Part shown: piece after piece, positions 22,111 through 32,619 of the stretch
Numbering within the stretch: the first letter of the stretch is position 1
Layout of the letters: each line of letters begins with the position of its first letter
Assembly (NCBI GenBank): GCA_977017575.1
Contig: CDRNVI010000063.1
Coordinates: forward strand, 248,001 to 312,000
Reading direction: 5' to 3'
DNA: 64,000 bases
From: Paramoeba atlantica
Lineage: Eukaryota > Protista > Discosea
The notes under the pieces: model-generated
Seen by the model: only the letters and a program-made list of their open reading frames with translations
Told to the model about the DNA's origin: nothing
Database searches by the model: none
Program-made: the position numbers and the translations under genes

Positions 22111-22848
22111 TTATATCCAGTCGAAGAGGTTGTGTTCTGGGGTATACATCACACGCAAAATATGTGTGCGCACAAGAAATAATCCCCCAAAAGTTTTTCA
22201 TGCTACCCAAGTGCACCTAGTATTGTATCACAATTTTCTTTGTTTTGTAACATTATATTCTTCTACTTTTCTATCAAGAGTTGTATTCTGAATATTTATG
22301 ATCGTTTTTTGATCATGCCACATCAGCACGTCATGCTAACGTGATTTTTTTCTGAAACAGACTTATTTCTCACTTAGAAATACGTTCAAAGCATTCTTAC
22401 TTGATCTCTTTTGCCAAATGCCCTCAGTAGATACAAGGCGAAAATACTCGTGCGGGCTACACCTAATAAATAACTTAACTATGCTGCTATTTATTTGGTC
22501 TCCGAAAAGAGTATTAAGATCAACACTGCGAAAATTGGTCTCCACAACTTTACTCTAGACTAGACTGGTTATAGAAAATTACAAAAATTACCACTCCTAA
22601 TGAGAGTGTGCACTGGGGAAGTATGGTCGAGACCTCCTAGTGGTCTTCCCTGGCACTGCTATCTTACCGATAGTACAGATTCAGAAATGTATTCTAACAA
22701 GAAGCCCTACCTAGCTTCTTCCCCTGAGCTTGAATATTATGAGTTGCAGACGGATCAGGAATTTCAACAACTCTGTTTTGCAAACAACAGTACATGCTAA
22801 TGTTATGGTGTGACTAATTGTACTATTGATAGCTAAAAGTCTAGGCTG

Positions 22849-25740
22849 TTAACTTTCGTTGCTTAATTGTTTTGACAAGTCGGAAAGGGTTCGCGTAGCC
22901 TCTTCTTGTAAATCATTTACTTTCACTAGAATGCGGAAGAGTGTACATTCATGTGTATTTCGTCCTGAAGCATCTCTTCCTCTTTGCCAACATGCACCCA
23001 CCAAGGTCCGTATGAGAGCGGAGATGTACCTTCTCTTCCTTGAGGATGCCTCCGTGCTACGGAATAACAGAACAGTTGTACTGTTCAACCGGGCTCGGCG
23101 ATTTGCTCGTTTGTGTTCGACAGCTCCTTCAGCCGAATCATCTACAGGGGAGGGCACCGTCTTCGTGGGGAAGGTAATTGGTATCGCTTGATCAAGCAGA
23201 GACTGAAGCTGTTCTGCTCGAATGCTAGGGTGTCGCAAAATTTCTGTGTAGTGCAAAAGAAAAAATCCACAATCCGCAGACCAAAGAGGCTGTTGAGGAA
23301 GGGCAAGCTCACTAACTGGCACAACTTCTGTACACCGTAGACTGCGATACATCGCAATTAGCTCCGTGGGGGAAAGTACAGAGGAATCTTTTAGTGCAAT
23401 GCAAAGTTCCACATGCCACCTTGTGACCATAAACCAAAATAGATGAATGAGTATTCTCTGATAAATTTCCTCGTCGCCATGTCGTATCAAGCTGTTCGCA
23501 AAGATGACCTTAGTTTGCAAATAGTTACCCATTTGAAGAGTATCGGTGTTGATGCCAAAAGCAGTCGTACTCTCATTCAGTACAGGATTCTCCGGCTCGA
23601 ACTCAATCTGAGGAATTCGGGTTGAGATTGGTGAATCAGATGGTGATGAATCAGAACATTTTGTTCTCTCTGCTTCGTCAGTACGAAGAGTTGCGTCCGT
23701 TGTAGAAGCCATCACTCGTTCAGTTGCTCTGGATTGTCTTGGAGAACTATCATCAACATCAATGTGCCCATCGTTCTTTTCATTGACACGGGCGTCATTA
23801 CTTTTTGGTAAGCCCATATTTGTATAAAGTTTAGTAGAGGAGATTTTAGGTTTTTGACAAGAAGGCACAAAAATATCTTCGTCAACACTGTTAAAATCCG
23901 ACACTTTGGGAACAGTACGCTCCGCTTTGGTTTTCTCCATGCTTGTCAGGCGAATATCATATATGCGCTGCATAGCCGCATTTCGATCTGTTTTACTTAA
24001 TGGTGATCCTCCCTTCGCTTGAATGCGCTGAGAGGCATGAGCTGGAGTGACGCGTGAAAGCGCCGCGGCAGGATTTTGTATCAAGACCAAAAACCAGTGC
24101 TCCTCGTGACAAACTGGCACAAACCATAGATCATCTAGGAAGATACAAGACTCCAGTTCACATCGCAATATTGGCGCACGATCTAGGCTAAACCGAACAC
24201 TTCTCCCCCAACGACCACCCGGGTCCTCCGCACATGGGAGCTGAGCGGCGCCTCTCAAGGCATTATAAAACTGTGCGTGAAAGGTACGTACCCTGGGATT
24301 GGGCATTACCTGCGACAGGAAACGGAGATAAAAATCAAGCAAGGTGTCATTCGCGTACGCACTGCTATGTCGCAAGATATCAAGTTCCTTACCCGTAATT
24401 CGAATCGGACCATACCGAAAAAGGACATGATCAACATTGTACATGGCAGCGACGTCTCGTGCACTCAGTGTTGAATCACTTGCAAAGGAAAAGGAAGGAC
24501 ACCCTCGAAGGAGTTGCTCGGCGCACGTCGGCTGCTTGCTTTGTTCAGGAACGGCCACGTTCTCCTTCTCCGGCTTTTTTTTAGAAGATTCAGCATTCGG
24601 CTTGCTTTTCTTTTTGTCCGCATTCTCGCTTTTCTTTTTGCTCGTACTCTCGCTTTTCTTTTTGTTCGTATTCGCGTTTTTCATTTTGTTTGAATTCTCG
24701 CTTTTCTTTTTGTTTGAATTTTCGCACTTCTTTTTCTGATTTGACTTTTTGGATTTTTTCGGTGGGGTGCTCTCACAGGAAGAAGTCTCATAATGTGACT
24801 CGGATTCGGAACTTGAAGAATCCTCCTCCGATGGGGTGTCGGTCGTCTCGTCATCTGATGTTTCCGATTTGGGCTTTCTCTGTTGACTACGTTTCGAAAC
24901 TGAAATCGTGGGTTCTTTTTTGTCACGGATCTGCGTTCCTTTCACGTTCTTCTGAGATTTTGATTTTGATTTTTCTTCGCTAGGCTTCTTTGGGACGTTT
25001 CTCTTTCTGTTCGCGACAGCTTCTGTGGTTTTTCCTTTCTTCACTTTTGCTGTGCTTTTCTTTTCTTTCCTATTCACTGTCTGCTTCGGTGAAACTATTT
25101 CATTGGACGAGTTCGAATCTTCCTGATCAACGTCTTGGCTTGTATCCCTTGAGCTACACGCTACTTCTGCTATCTGGGGAATCTCAGGCGTTGTATTCTT
25201 TTTTGTATCTTCGTCACATAAATCAACCCTTTTCTGAAAACACCACAAAGCAGTGTCTGTAGCTGACTGTCTGTAAGTTGACCGGTCGAGAAAGGTTCGA
25301 AAGGAGGCGTCGGGAATTTGAGTACAGTTTTTCTCATTGGTCTCGTTCGCTAATTGTCCGTTGGAAGAATTCCTGGATCGAAAGGAAAATTCAAGGGGCC
25401 TTACATTGGCAAGCGGTTTTGGTGCTTTTTTGGGTGCGTATTTCTTGAAATTCGGTTTCGCTTGATTTTGCTTTGCGTAATCAGAAATTTGTGAGCCGCC
25501 CATTCTCAACATTGGAAAAATTCCTTTCTTCTTGGGTTCAATCCCCACATTATCACTCAATGATTGCGCACCTGATTCAAAACTCAGTACTTCTTTAAGC
25601 GTTTCACTAGATGGGCGTGGTACAGTATTTTCATGAGAATCGTTCTCTCGTTGTTCGCTCGCATATGGTTTGTGTGGTGACATTGCCCAGAACCCTTCCA
25701 TACTTTTCTCAAGAGTGGTAGACGACTTCCTCTCCATCAT
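22849..25740 (-). CDS. Ulp1/SENP-family (C48) SUMO-type protease
   Basis: ND..LDFYL, FH.QFY..L, FVPVCHEEHWFLVLI (His), PQQ...DCGFFLLHY (Gln/Cys); long Lys/Ser-rich N-terminus. Confidence 0.8.
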   Translation of the reverse strand: MMERKSSTTLEKSMEGFWAMSPHKPYASEQRENDSHENTVPRPSSETLKEVLSFESGAQSLSDNVGIEPKKKGIFPMLRMGGSQISDYAKQNQAKPNFKKYAPKKAPKPLANVRPLEFSFRSRNSSNGQLANETNEKNCTQIPDASFRTFLDRSTYRQSATDTALWCFQKRVDLCDEDTKKNTTPEIPQIAEVACSSRDTSQDVDQEDSNSSNEIVSPKQTVNRKEKKSTAKVKKGKTTEAVANRKRNVPKKPSEEKSKSKSQKNVKGTQIRDKKEPTISVSKRSQQRKPKSETSDDETTDTPSEEDSSSSESESHYETSSCESTPPKKSKKSNQKKKCENSNKKKSENSNKMKNANTNKKKSESTSKKKSENADKKKSKPNAESSKKKPEKENVAVPEQSKQPTCAEQLLRGCPSFSFASDSTLSARDVAAMYNVDHVLFRYGPIRITGKELDILRHSSAYANDTLLDFYLRFLSQVMPNPRVRTFHAQFYNALRGAAQLPCAEDPGGRWGRSVRFSLDRAPILRCELESCIFLDDLWFVPVCHEEHWFLVLIQNPAAALSRVTPAHASQRIQAKGGSPLSKTDRNAAMQRIYDIRLTSMEKTKAERTVPKVSDFNSVDEDIFVPSCQKPKISSTKLYTNMGLPKSNDARVNEKNDGHIDVDDSSPRQSRATERVMASTTDATLRTDEAERTKCSDSSPSDSPISTRIPQIEFEPENPVLNESTTAFGINTDTLQMGNYLQTKVIFANSLIRHGDEEIYQRILIHLFWFMVTRWHVELCIALKDSSVLSPTELIAMYRSLRCTEVVPVSELALPQQPLWSADCGFFLLHYTEILRHPSIRAEQLQSLLDQAIPITFPTKTVPSPVDDSAEGAVEHKRANRRARLNSTTVLLFRSTEASSRKRRYISALIRTLVGACWQRGRDASGRNTHECTLFRILVKVNDLQEEATRTLSDLSKQLSNES

Positions 25741-26040
25741 GCTGAGGATACTGACTCATAAGATAGTATTTAATTAGGATAAGTTAATCCCTTCTTGAAT
25801 CATAAATACAGAACAAATTTACATTCTAGCATTGCAAATCGCTTACAAAAATTAAAATATAATTCACCCTCTCTAGTTGAGTGCAAAGTTATGCCTCACT
25901 ACATATTTTTAGACTTCAAATCCTTACTCTGTACGGAATTTGTATCGTGACAGAAATCTTACCTTTACTTTTCGTTTCTTTGCTTTACATGGTTTCACTG
26001 TTCTTCTCTCTCTCTCACTCTTGCGGAGGGGTCAGGGAGT

Positions 26041-26310
26041 CTAATTCGCTTTCGACTCACGTAGTAGACCATCCTTGAGGGCGAGTCGGTTTAAGGCCTG
26101 ATCCCCTTCTCCCCTCTTGCGTAACGAACCGGAAAGGACATAGGTTTTGTAGTTGCCGGTGTAGACCCCATTTGAATCGGTCATACCCACATTGATTTGT
26201 ACGGCGGCGTGATCCTGTGAGTGAATGATGCGTCCGGTGCTGGAGCATTTCCGCGGGATGTATAAATCCACATTACGTCCTTCGTCGTTAATGCAACCAA
26301 CTTGTGTCAT
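26041..26310 (-). CDS. RPS21: 40S ribosomal protein S21 (eS21)
   Basis: NDEG.NVDLYIPRKCS.T.RII...DHAAVQINVG...G..D..LNRLA; ATG at 26310. Confidence 0.95.
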   Translation of the reverse strand: MTQVGCINDEGRNVDLYIPRKCSSTGRIIHSQDHAAVQINVGMTDSNGVYTGNYKTYVLSGSLRKRGEGDQALNRLALKDGLLRESKAN

Positions 26311-26561
26311 TATGAAATTCAATACTTTGAAGAAATAGAAGTTGGCGTAGGATCAAGGAAACAAACAGAATAACACATGGAAAATATTTCTCGCAAAAGC
26401 AACAATGAACAAATGATTTGATGACAGCCAACGATATCTTCCTTGAACCACATAATAAAATGATACATGCCCGCACTTCAATTTTTAATATGGACTTCAT
26501 TACTGTACCCAACAAAAAACACACTCACTCCACCTTTTACCCCACCCCCATATTACCTCTT

Positions 26562-27395
26562 TCACGAATGTAAATCAATAATCGCCTCCTGTAACCCCCC
26601 CTCCAACAACCCCTCCCCCGTACCCTTCTTCACCCCCTCCCCCGCCTTCTCATCCTCCCGGTGCGTCGCGCCCTGCCCCACCCCAAGCCCCCCCTTCCGC
26701 ACCCTCTCCCCCCTTTTCCTCTCCAGCTTCAACACCCGCTCCAGCACACTCATCTCACTCGCGGTGGTATCCAACCCCACGAACGCGGTCCAGTCATTAC
26801 TGATCACCCCACACCCCACCTGCGGGTTCCCCCGGTTCACCGTCCCCGCCACCACCGGCAGCTGCAGCAGCGTACTCAGCTCCTCCATATCCGCTTTTGT
26901 CGTCTTCGGGGCCACCATGCACCCGTGGTTACTGAGCAGCGCGTAGCTCCCCACCAGGGCGTTCTCCCCGACACTGGTGCGGAAGGTCTCGACCTTGAGC
27001 ACGTCCCGCACCAGGTGCTCCGTCTCGGCATCGAGATCGGTGTGGAGCAGCGCGACGTGGTCGTTGCAGGCGATGCAGTTCCCCAGGGCGCTGTAGCGCT
27101 CCTCGATGCGCTGGATGGCGACCGCGGCGGGGAGCGCGTTTCGTAGGTGCTGGAGCTCCTGGTCGGTGGTGATGGAGGGGAGGAGGAGACCGTGGCGGTT
27201 GCCCGCGGTGAGACGCCCAATGACGCGGGTTCCCCCGATGGAGGTGTAGACCACGGGGATGTGACGGGCGAGCTCGGTCTCGAAGACGCTGTAGAAGTTT
27301 TGGGCGGAGCCCATGGCGACGAGACAGTAGGCGTTGGTGAGACGGGAGAAGACCCCGATGTCGTTGGAGGACTCGAAACGGGTGCGGAGGGCCAT
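26562..27395 (-). CDS. EIF6: Translation initiation factor 6
   Basis: [26 protein letters not shown]...[25 protein letters not shown]. Confidence 0.96.
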   Translation of the reverse strand: MALRTRFESSNDIGVFSRLTNAYCLVAMGSAQNFYSVFETELARHIPVVYTSIGGTRVIGRLTAGNRHGLLLPSITTDQELQHLRNALPAAVAIQRIEERYSALGNCIACNDHVALLHTDLDAETEHLVRDVLKVETFRTSVGENALVGSYALLSNHGCMVAPKTTKADMEELSTLLQLPVVAGTVNRGNPQVGCGVISNDWTAFVGLDTTASEMSVLERVLKLERKRGERVRKGGLGVGQGATHREDEKAGEGVKKGTGEGLLEGGLQEAIIDLHS

Positions 27396-27641
27396 GGGGG
27401 AGGGAGCGAGGGGAGGGGAGTAGAGAGATTGAGATTGAGATAAGGAAAATAGGATAAGCGGTATTGATCTTTTGTTGCTTCTTTGAAATGAATAAAATGG
27501 TGTGAAATAGTTTCAGACAAACAAGCAGTGGAAACAAGTGGTGGTTATGCAGAAGTGGTAAACGAAAATTCGCCTAGGGAAGGGCAGAGCACGAAGAGTG
27601 AGACGATTTATCCTAGATAGCAGTTTGGAACAGAAGCCATG

Positions 27642-28082
27642 CTACTCATCTTCTCTCAGGCTTTCTCGAAACTTTTCTGCCTCCATAAAGCGCCGCTGCA
27701 TCGTTCGATTCCTCATTGCGTTGACCTCGTACATGGGCCACAGCATCTCTGTCAATGTCCAGTAGACGAATCCAAGCCCAATGAGTGTTGCACCGAAGCG
27801 AAAAGGACGAATATCGGCCATTTTCTTCTGTAAACGTTCCCGAGACCCAAACCTCTGAGTTGCATTTTTTGCCATTTCTTTAAAAGCACGAACGCCTCTT
27901 GTGGATGATTTTACTGTAAGCGGCTTTGACGGAGTAATACGGCTTTTATAGGAAACCGATGCCTTCAGTTTCTTTAGATTTTGCTCATATTCCTCCTTAG
28001 ACATGCCGAGAGATTTCGCGATTTTTGCACTGTCCAATCTGTCGCCCATCATTTCGGGAGGAGTGGAATGTGCCCCGTCCAT
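27642..28082 (-). CDS. Hypothetical small single-TM protein
   Basis: 146-aa ORF on the cluster strand with one hydrophobic segment (FGATLIGLGFVYWTL) and a helical charged tail. Confidence 0.6.
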   Translation of the reverse strand: MDGAHSTPPEMMGDRLDSAKIAKSLGMSKEEYEQNLKKLKASVSYKSRITPSKPLTVKSSTRGVRAFKEMAKNATQRFGSRERLQKKMADIRPFRFGATLIGLGFVYWTLTEMLWPMYEVNAMRNRTMQRRFMEAEKFRESLREDE

Positions 28083-28284
28083 CTTGTCGCGTCAAGAACA
28101 CTCAATTCATCTGAATAAGTACTAAGGAAAAATTCGTTTGATTCGAAATCGTAACTCAAGTGCTAAAAATAGGGGATTCTTTCATCATAACATTTCAAGT
28201 ACTCCCTACGTCTCACCACCATTTTTCTTATCAAAAGAAGGACAGTCTTATCATCTTTTGAGAACGTAAAGAAAGGTAAGGGGG

Positions 28285-30363
28285 CTACGTATCATACCTT
28301 GCAGAATCAATCCGTGAAGAGTGTTGCCTGGCGGAGTGCTGTCGGCGGTGTACCAGCTCGTTGTGTCGCATTCCCTCCAGCACATTCAGCCCTACGTCAT
28401 AGGCTGTCACACTGGCAGGTAACGACCGGGCGGTGTCCATCGAGCACAGGTCCTCCTCCGCCTCCCGTTCCGCTGAGAGGGAGGGGGAGGGAATGCCAGC
28501 ACGGAGCTGTAGCCTGGCGTGACTAAGACGGGGAATCTCAACGGTATGAGATCCACGACGCATCGGCTCAGGTACCGGGCTGGGCTCCGTGGGCTCACCC
28601 AACCCCGACCGCGGGAGAGAGGAGGGCAACCGAAGCGCTTCCTCCACCTCCGGCACCTGCGGGGGCTGGGTGAGATATCTCCTGCGAGCGACATAGGCCG
28701 CGTAGATCATAGAGAACAGCGCGAGTCCACTCCATGACATCACCGCGCGAAATCCCCAGCGCAGTCCCATACTCTGGGCCAGCGTACCGCACAGAAACGG
28801 ACCTAAGAAATACCCAAACAACGAGAAGGTCATGGCGGCAAGAGAACTCGCGACATTTCGGTGTTCCTTTGCGACACCCACCATCAGCAGCCCTGTGGCC
28901 GAGGGCACAATCGCGCCCCCAAAGAACAGCAAACACCAGGCAAGAATCATGTAGGGCCAGAACTTTGTAACGGTCAGTGAGGCGAGAGCACAGCCCACGG
29001 CAACGGTTCCACAAGCGGTGCCCATGTAGGCTGCACGGTGCGGGTGTTCCTGGTACCCCCCGATACGGTCCAGTACCACCCCGCCGAGGACTACCCCCAG
29101 CACAGGACCCGTGGCACTGGTGAGACCAAAAGCAGCAACAATTTTATTTAAATCCGCCGCGATTGGGGGAAGGCGCAGGTACGCCGTGACCCAGAGCTGC
29201 AGCGCGGTGACCACAAAGTACAGCGAGCACAGCGCAAACACGGTGGAGGTGTACAGCGGGTTGGAGACCAGCTCCTTGAAGACACGCCAAGTGAGCCCGG
29301 AGCTGGTTTTGGAGGGCTTACCGTCGACTCGGGAGGCATCGTGGGAACGTCCTTGTAGCGCCTCTCCCCGAACGACGTAAAAGATGGTGACAATCGGGAC
29401 CAACAGGATGGACTTAATAAAGAACGTCACTCTCCAGGACACCCCGCTGTTGGCCGCAATCAGTCCCGCAATCAGATACCCGAGCATAATACCGATCGGT
29501 ACCCCAGCCTGGGCGAGTGCCATCCACGTGGTCTTATGTTTCCTCGGGGAAAACTCATCCACCCACACCGGGGTGTACACCACCACCAGGGATTGCGTAA
29601 ACCCCAGAAAGAAACGTGCCGCGATCGCAAGTCCAATACGCGGGCTGGTCGCGAACACCACCGAGAGCAGCATATGAACCGTCAGGGCGCGTGAGATCAC
29701 CGCTTTCGCGCTAAACTTCCGAAACAGGTACCCGCAGAACGACCCCCCGGCGGTATTCCCGAGGTACGAAATCGAGGCCAGCACCCCGTCCAGCGCCCCC
29801 GAGGAGTGGAAGTCCTGCGACATCGGTCCCCCAATCACCGCGGCAATCGCACCGTTGTCAATGTTGGTACTGGCCTGGGTGATCACAAAGAGAAGGAAGA
29901 CATAGAGCTTGTAGTTACGGGAGAGTAACCCGCGGGGAGGAGGGTGGGTTGTGGGGTCACGCGTGCCCTCCGCGCCCTCGGGTTCCGAGGAAGAGGAGGA
30001 ACGGGGTGAGTCCCCGCGCATGGACCGCGGGGTGAGACTCATGGTCTGGAGGGACAAAAGGTCGAGGCCATGGGGGCCTGGGCTGTGCGGGGGTGGAGAA
30101 AAAGATCCGAAGGGGGGCTCCATGGGGGTGAAGGGGTCGGTTCCTGTGTGGGGTGCGGTCCTTAGGGGGTCCGGGTCGTGGGGAAAAGAGTCACTGGAGA
30201 GGTTGCGACCCAGGATATCGGTATCGTAGCACGCGTCGTTGTCCGATAACATGGGGGAACTGTTGCGCGAACGTGTCTCGGGTTCCTGTGATGTTGCTTT
30301 CATCGCAACCTCATGTAGTCGTAAAGGCTGCTTTTCACTCCGGGAATCTTCATTGTCGCCCAT
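28285..30363 (-). CDS. MFS transporter, Spinster-like
   Basis: NIDNGAIAA, RFFLG..Q..VVY.PVWVDEF.P, multiple TM helices. Confidence 0.88.
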   Translation of the reverse strand: MGDNEDSRSEKQPLRLHEVAMKATSQEPETRSRNSSPMLSDNDACYDTDILGRNLSSDSFPHDPDPLRTAPHTGTDPFTPMEPPFGSFSPPPHSPGPHGLDLLSLQTMSLTPRSMRGDSPRSSSSSEPEGAEGTRDPTTHPPPRGLLSRNYKLYVFLLFVITQASTNIDNGAIAAVIGGPMSQDFHSSGALDGVLASISYLGNTAGGSFCGYLFRKFSAKAVISRALTVHMLLSVVFATSPRIGLAIAARFFLGFTQSLVVVYTPVWVDEFSPRKHKTTWMALAQAGVPIGIMLGYLIAGLIAANSGVSWRVTFFIKSILLVPIVTIFYVVRGEALQGRSHDASRVDGKPSKTSSGLTWRVFKELVSNPLYTSTVFALCSLYFVVTALQLWVTAYLRLPPIAADLNKIVAAFGLTSATGPVLGVVLGGVVLDRIGGYQEHPHRAAYMGTACGTVAVGCALASLTVTKFWPYMILAWCLLFFGGAIVPSATGLLMVGVAKEHRNVASSLAAMTFSLFGYFLGPFLCGTLAQSMGLRWGFRAVMSWSGLALFSMIYAAYVARRRYLTQPPQVPEVEEALRLPSSLPRSGLGEPTEPSPVPEPMRRGSHTVEIPRLSHARLQLRAGIPSPSLSAEREAEEDLCSMDTARSLPASVTAYDVGLNVLEGMRHNELVHRRQHSARQHSSRIDSARYDT

Positions 30364-30492
30364 GTCAAAAGACCAAAGTGTAATAAAGGTACAGATCTTC
30401 TACAAACATACATGTATTTTGCCAACAAACTAAATTATGTGGAAATGTATCTTGCCTAACATTAGACTATTCTAAGAGTAAAAGGTTACATT

Positions 30493-31796
30493 GGGTAATG
30501 CCTACTTATATTGCACCCACTTTTCAAATTTTGTGTACCTTTTTTTTCTTATGGTTACTTACTCTCCAGTTGCCTAGAAATATTTGTAAGATAAATTTTC
30601 AAAAATGTGTACCTGCGCAGACCTTCGATGAATTCTTCGGTGGAAGAACGATGCAGATCTACCCGCGTGCTTCGCTTCATTTTTGAAAGCTCATAGCGTT
30701 GTGAAAAATGAGCTCTGTACTACGCACGGTACGCCAGGAACTCCCCACAAAAAAAATTATTCATTGTGCATCTGTTGGCGACGCAAGGGCAATAATAAGT
30801 GTCGAAAGCGTCTCTCGACATTGTCACCTTTTTTTTCAGCCAAACAAAAAAAACCCGAATCAAAGTTCCTTTTTTGGGTGAAACTGTGCCAGAGAGTTGA
30901 AATGGACAGCATAGCCTCCCAATGTTGCGTAACTCGAAATACAGTTTTTAAATGGAAACGCGAGCTACTGGATTGGATTTCGAAAGCGGTGGCAAAGCGC
31001 AACGAGGAAATAAAATTTCATAAATGCGCAGCAGACGAAACTCTCACCTTTTCAAGCACTCTTTTCAAGGCTCTCACCACAAGCAGACGAAACTTTCTCT
31101 TCCCAAGAAAATATCATCAAGGTAGCGCGAATCGTAAAAAAACAATATGCATGGCCACCATCACGGGTATCGAGAGAGACGGGAGCTGTGGAAGAACTAT
31201 ATGGAAGCGTGTGGAAAAGCGAGATGCCTCCACGCTACAGAATCTGATAAGGAAGTATACGGTAGACAGCTACCGGTCCATCGTAAATACAGACGGATTG
31301 CGTGGCTACCGAGGACTAAGCGAAGTACGAGAGCACCGAACTGTGAACCACCGAAAAAAGGGTAAATACCGCTTCGTCACCGAAAATGGCGTACATACCA
31401 ACAAAGCAGAATCTTGCCATTCGTCGGTCAAGCGCGCGATACGAAGGCAAGGAAGACTTTCTATGAACCCAGAAAAAGCTGAAAAGGTAGTATCACTCTA
31501 TACTTTATTTTTTAAGAAAACAACATGGCAACAACGTCTCTCCTCGTCGCCTTGAAGTCAATAAAGAATGAAGTAGAACTCGAAGGTATTGAGGAAACCG
31601 AAGGGTCTGGTGTTGAAACTCCATCGGATGCAACCGAAGACGATCTGACTTTGAGTATGCTGCAACACTTTTTGATGTAAAGTAAGCGGAAAGAGCAAAT
31701 GAGGTAAAGTGAGCAAAGTTACGCTGCACAAGAAAAAATTTCAGTACCTTCGTATTATTATTTTGAAAGTGGGTGCAATATAAGTGGTCTGTACCC
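30493..31796 (+). mobile_element. Merlin (IS1016/IS1595-like) DNA transposon, full length
   Basis: Imperfect ~35-bp TIRs (GGGTA..ACTTATATTGCACCCACTTT) and exact 8-bp TSD GTTACATT at 30485-30492 and 31797-31804; ISXO2-like transposase inside. Confidence 0.9.
30605..31680 (+). pseudogene. ISXO2/Merlin DDE transposase, disrupted
   Basis: ADET ... NTDGLRGY ... HRTVNH ... GVHTNKAES DDE motifs; in-frame ATG 30605 followed by premature TGA 30629-30631; apparent frameshift near 31540 cutting off an acidic tail (..LVALKSIKNEVELEG..HFLM, TAA 31678-31680). Confidence 0.8.
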
Positions 31797-31914
31797 GTTA
31801 CATTTAATACATACTTTCCAGTCTAAGTTAGCCACTTAAACAATGAGCGCGTAAATCTTATGTAATAATCTTATGTACATGAGATGTTAAAAATCGAGGA
31901 CAGGTGGAATTTGA

Positions 31915-32400
31915 CTAACGGTATTCTTTTGACTCATTCGCTATCGTATGGTTTTCTACTCGTAAAGCAACTTGATCAAAATTAGAAACATCTTCAAAGG
32001 AAACCCAAATAGAGTTAGGATACCCGAAGTCACGAAGCGCCTGCACAGCATTGTGACCTCTGTAAGATGAAGCAATGACAACAAGTGCGGCTTTTGTGTC
32101 TAGAGGAAGAATTGGACGAATAGCTCCTGAAATAATGTCGTGGTAATTCATTGGGACGGCGCGTTGCAGACCTTGATATGCTATGGAAGCTCGTTCTCGT
32201 AGATCAAAGAAAGGTACACGACTGCGGTACATTTCACGAAGACGCTCGCTTGCATCGGCAATAGGTACCAGAGAAGTTTGTGATTTAATGTGACCTTTCC
32301 CTTCCCCCCGGACATTTCCATACGTGTTCCGTAAATTTTGAAACCCTTCGTGTTTGTTAGGATTAAACGTCCAGATTACATCACCTACGCGTCGCTTCAT
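31915..32400 (-). CDS. Rhodanese-like domain protein (no catalytic Cys visible)
   Basis: FFDLRE...A.PM...LPLD...LVVIASSYRGHNAVQALRDFGYPN pattern; ATG at 32400 (track start is TTG); short U-tract and AG upstream on the minus strand. Confidence 0.6.
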   Translation of the reverse strand: MKRRVGDVIWTFNPNKHEGFQNLRNTYGNVRGEGKGHIKSQTSLVPIADASERLREMYRSRVPFFDLRERASIAYQGLQRAVPMNYHDIISGAIRPILPLDTKAALVVIASSYRGHNAVQALRDFGYPNSIWVSFEDVSNFDQVALRVENHTIANESKEYR

Positions 32401-32487
32401 GAGTAAAGTACAATCAGATGCGAATTCATCCAAACTTCTATAATTAGAATTTCGATGATTAAAAAAGAACGTATAACTAATTGCAGT

Positions 32488-32599
32488 TGAAAAAAGATAT
32501 TTTATTTATAAAAGGATTTTCTATAGACGCAAATATGCAAAATTTCCTGTTGGAGTTTCTTGAATCACAATTATTCTGAAATATTTAAGAAACTACGAC
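32488..32599. repeat. Partial 280-bp satellite monomer (true left edge of the array)
   Basis: AAAAAGATATTTTATTTATAAAAGG...AAGAAACTACGAC is near-identical to the array monomer. Confidence 0.95.
32567..32599 (+). repeat. Left copy of 33-bp direct repeat flanking the YR retroelement
   Basis: ACAATTATTCTGAAATATTTAAGAAACTACGAC; 32/33 identical to 37421-37453. Confidence 0.85.
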
Positions 32600-32619
32600 A
32601 TTAATTTCCCGCCATCTCA

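Noticed and set aside
22610-22685. Hairpin that could be an H/ACA-like snoRNA
   Set aside because: Stem is weak and box placement unconvincing; cannot be supported without covariance or expression data.
18317-27537. Long alternative-frame Pro/Gly-rich ORFs overlapping BUD23 and eIF6
   Set aside because: Expected shadows of very high GC content and low complexity; no domains.
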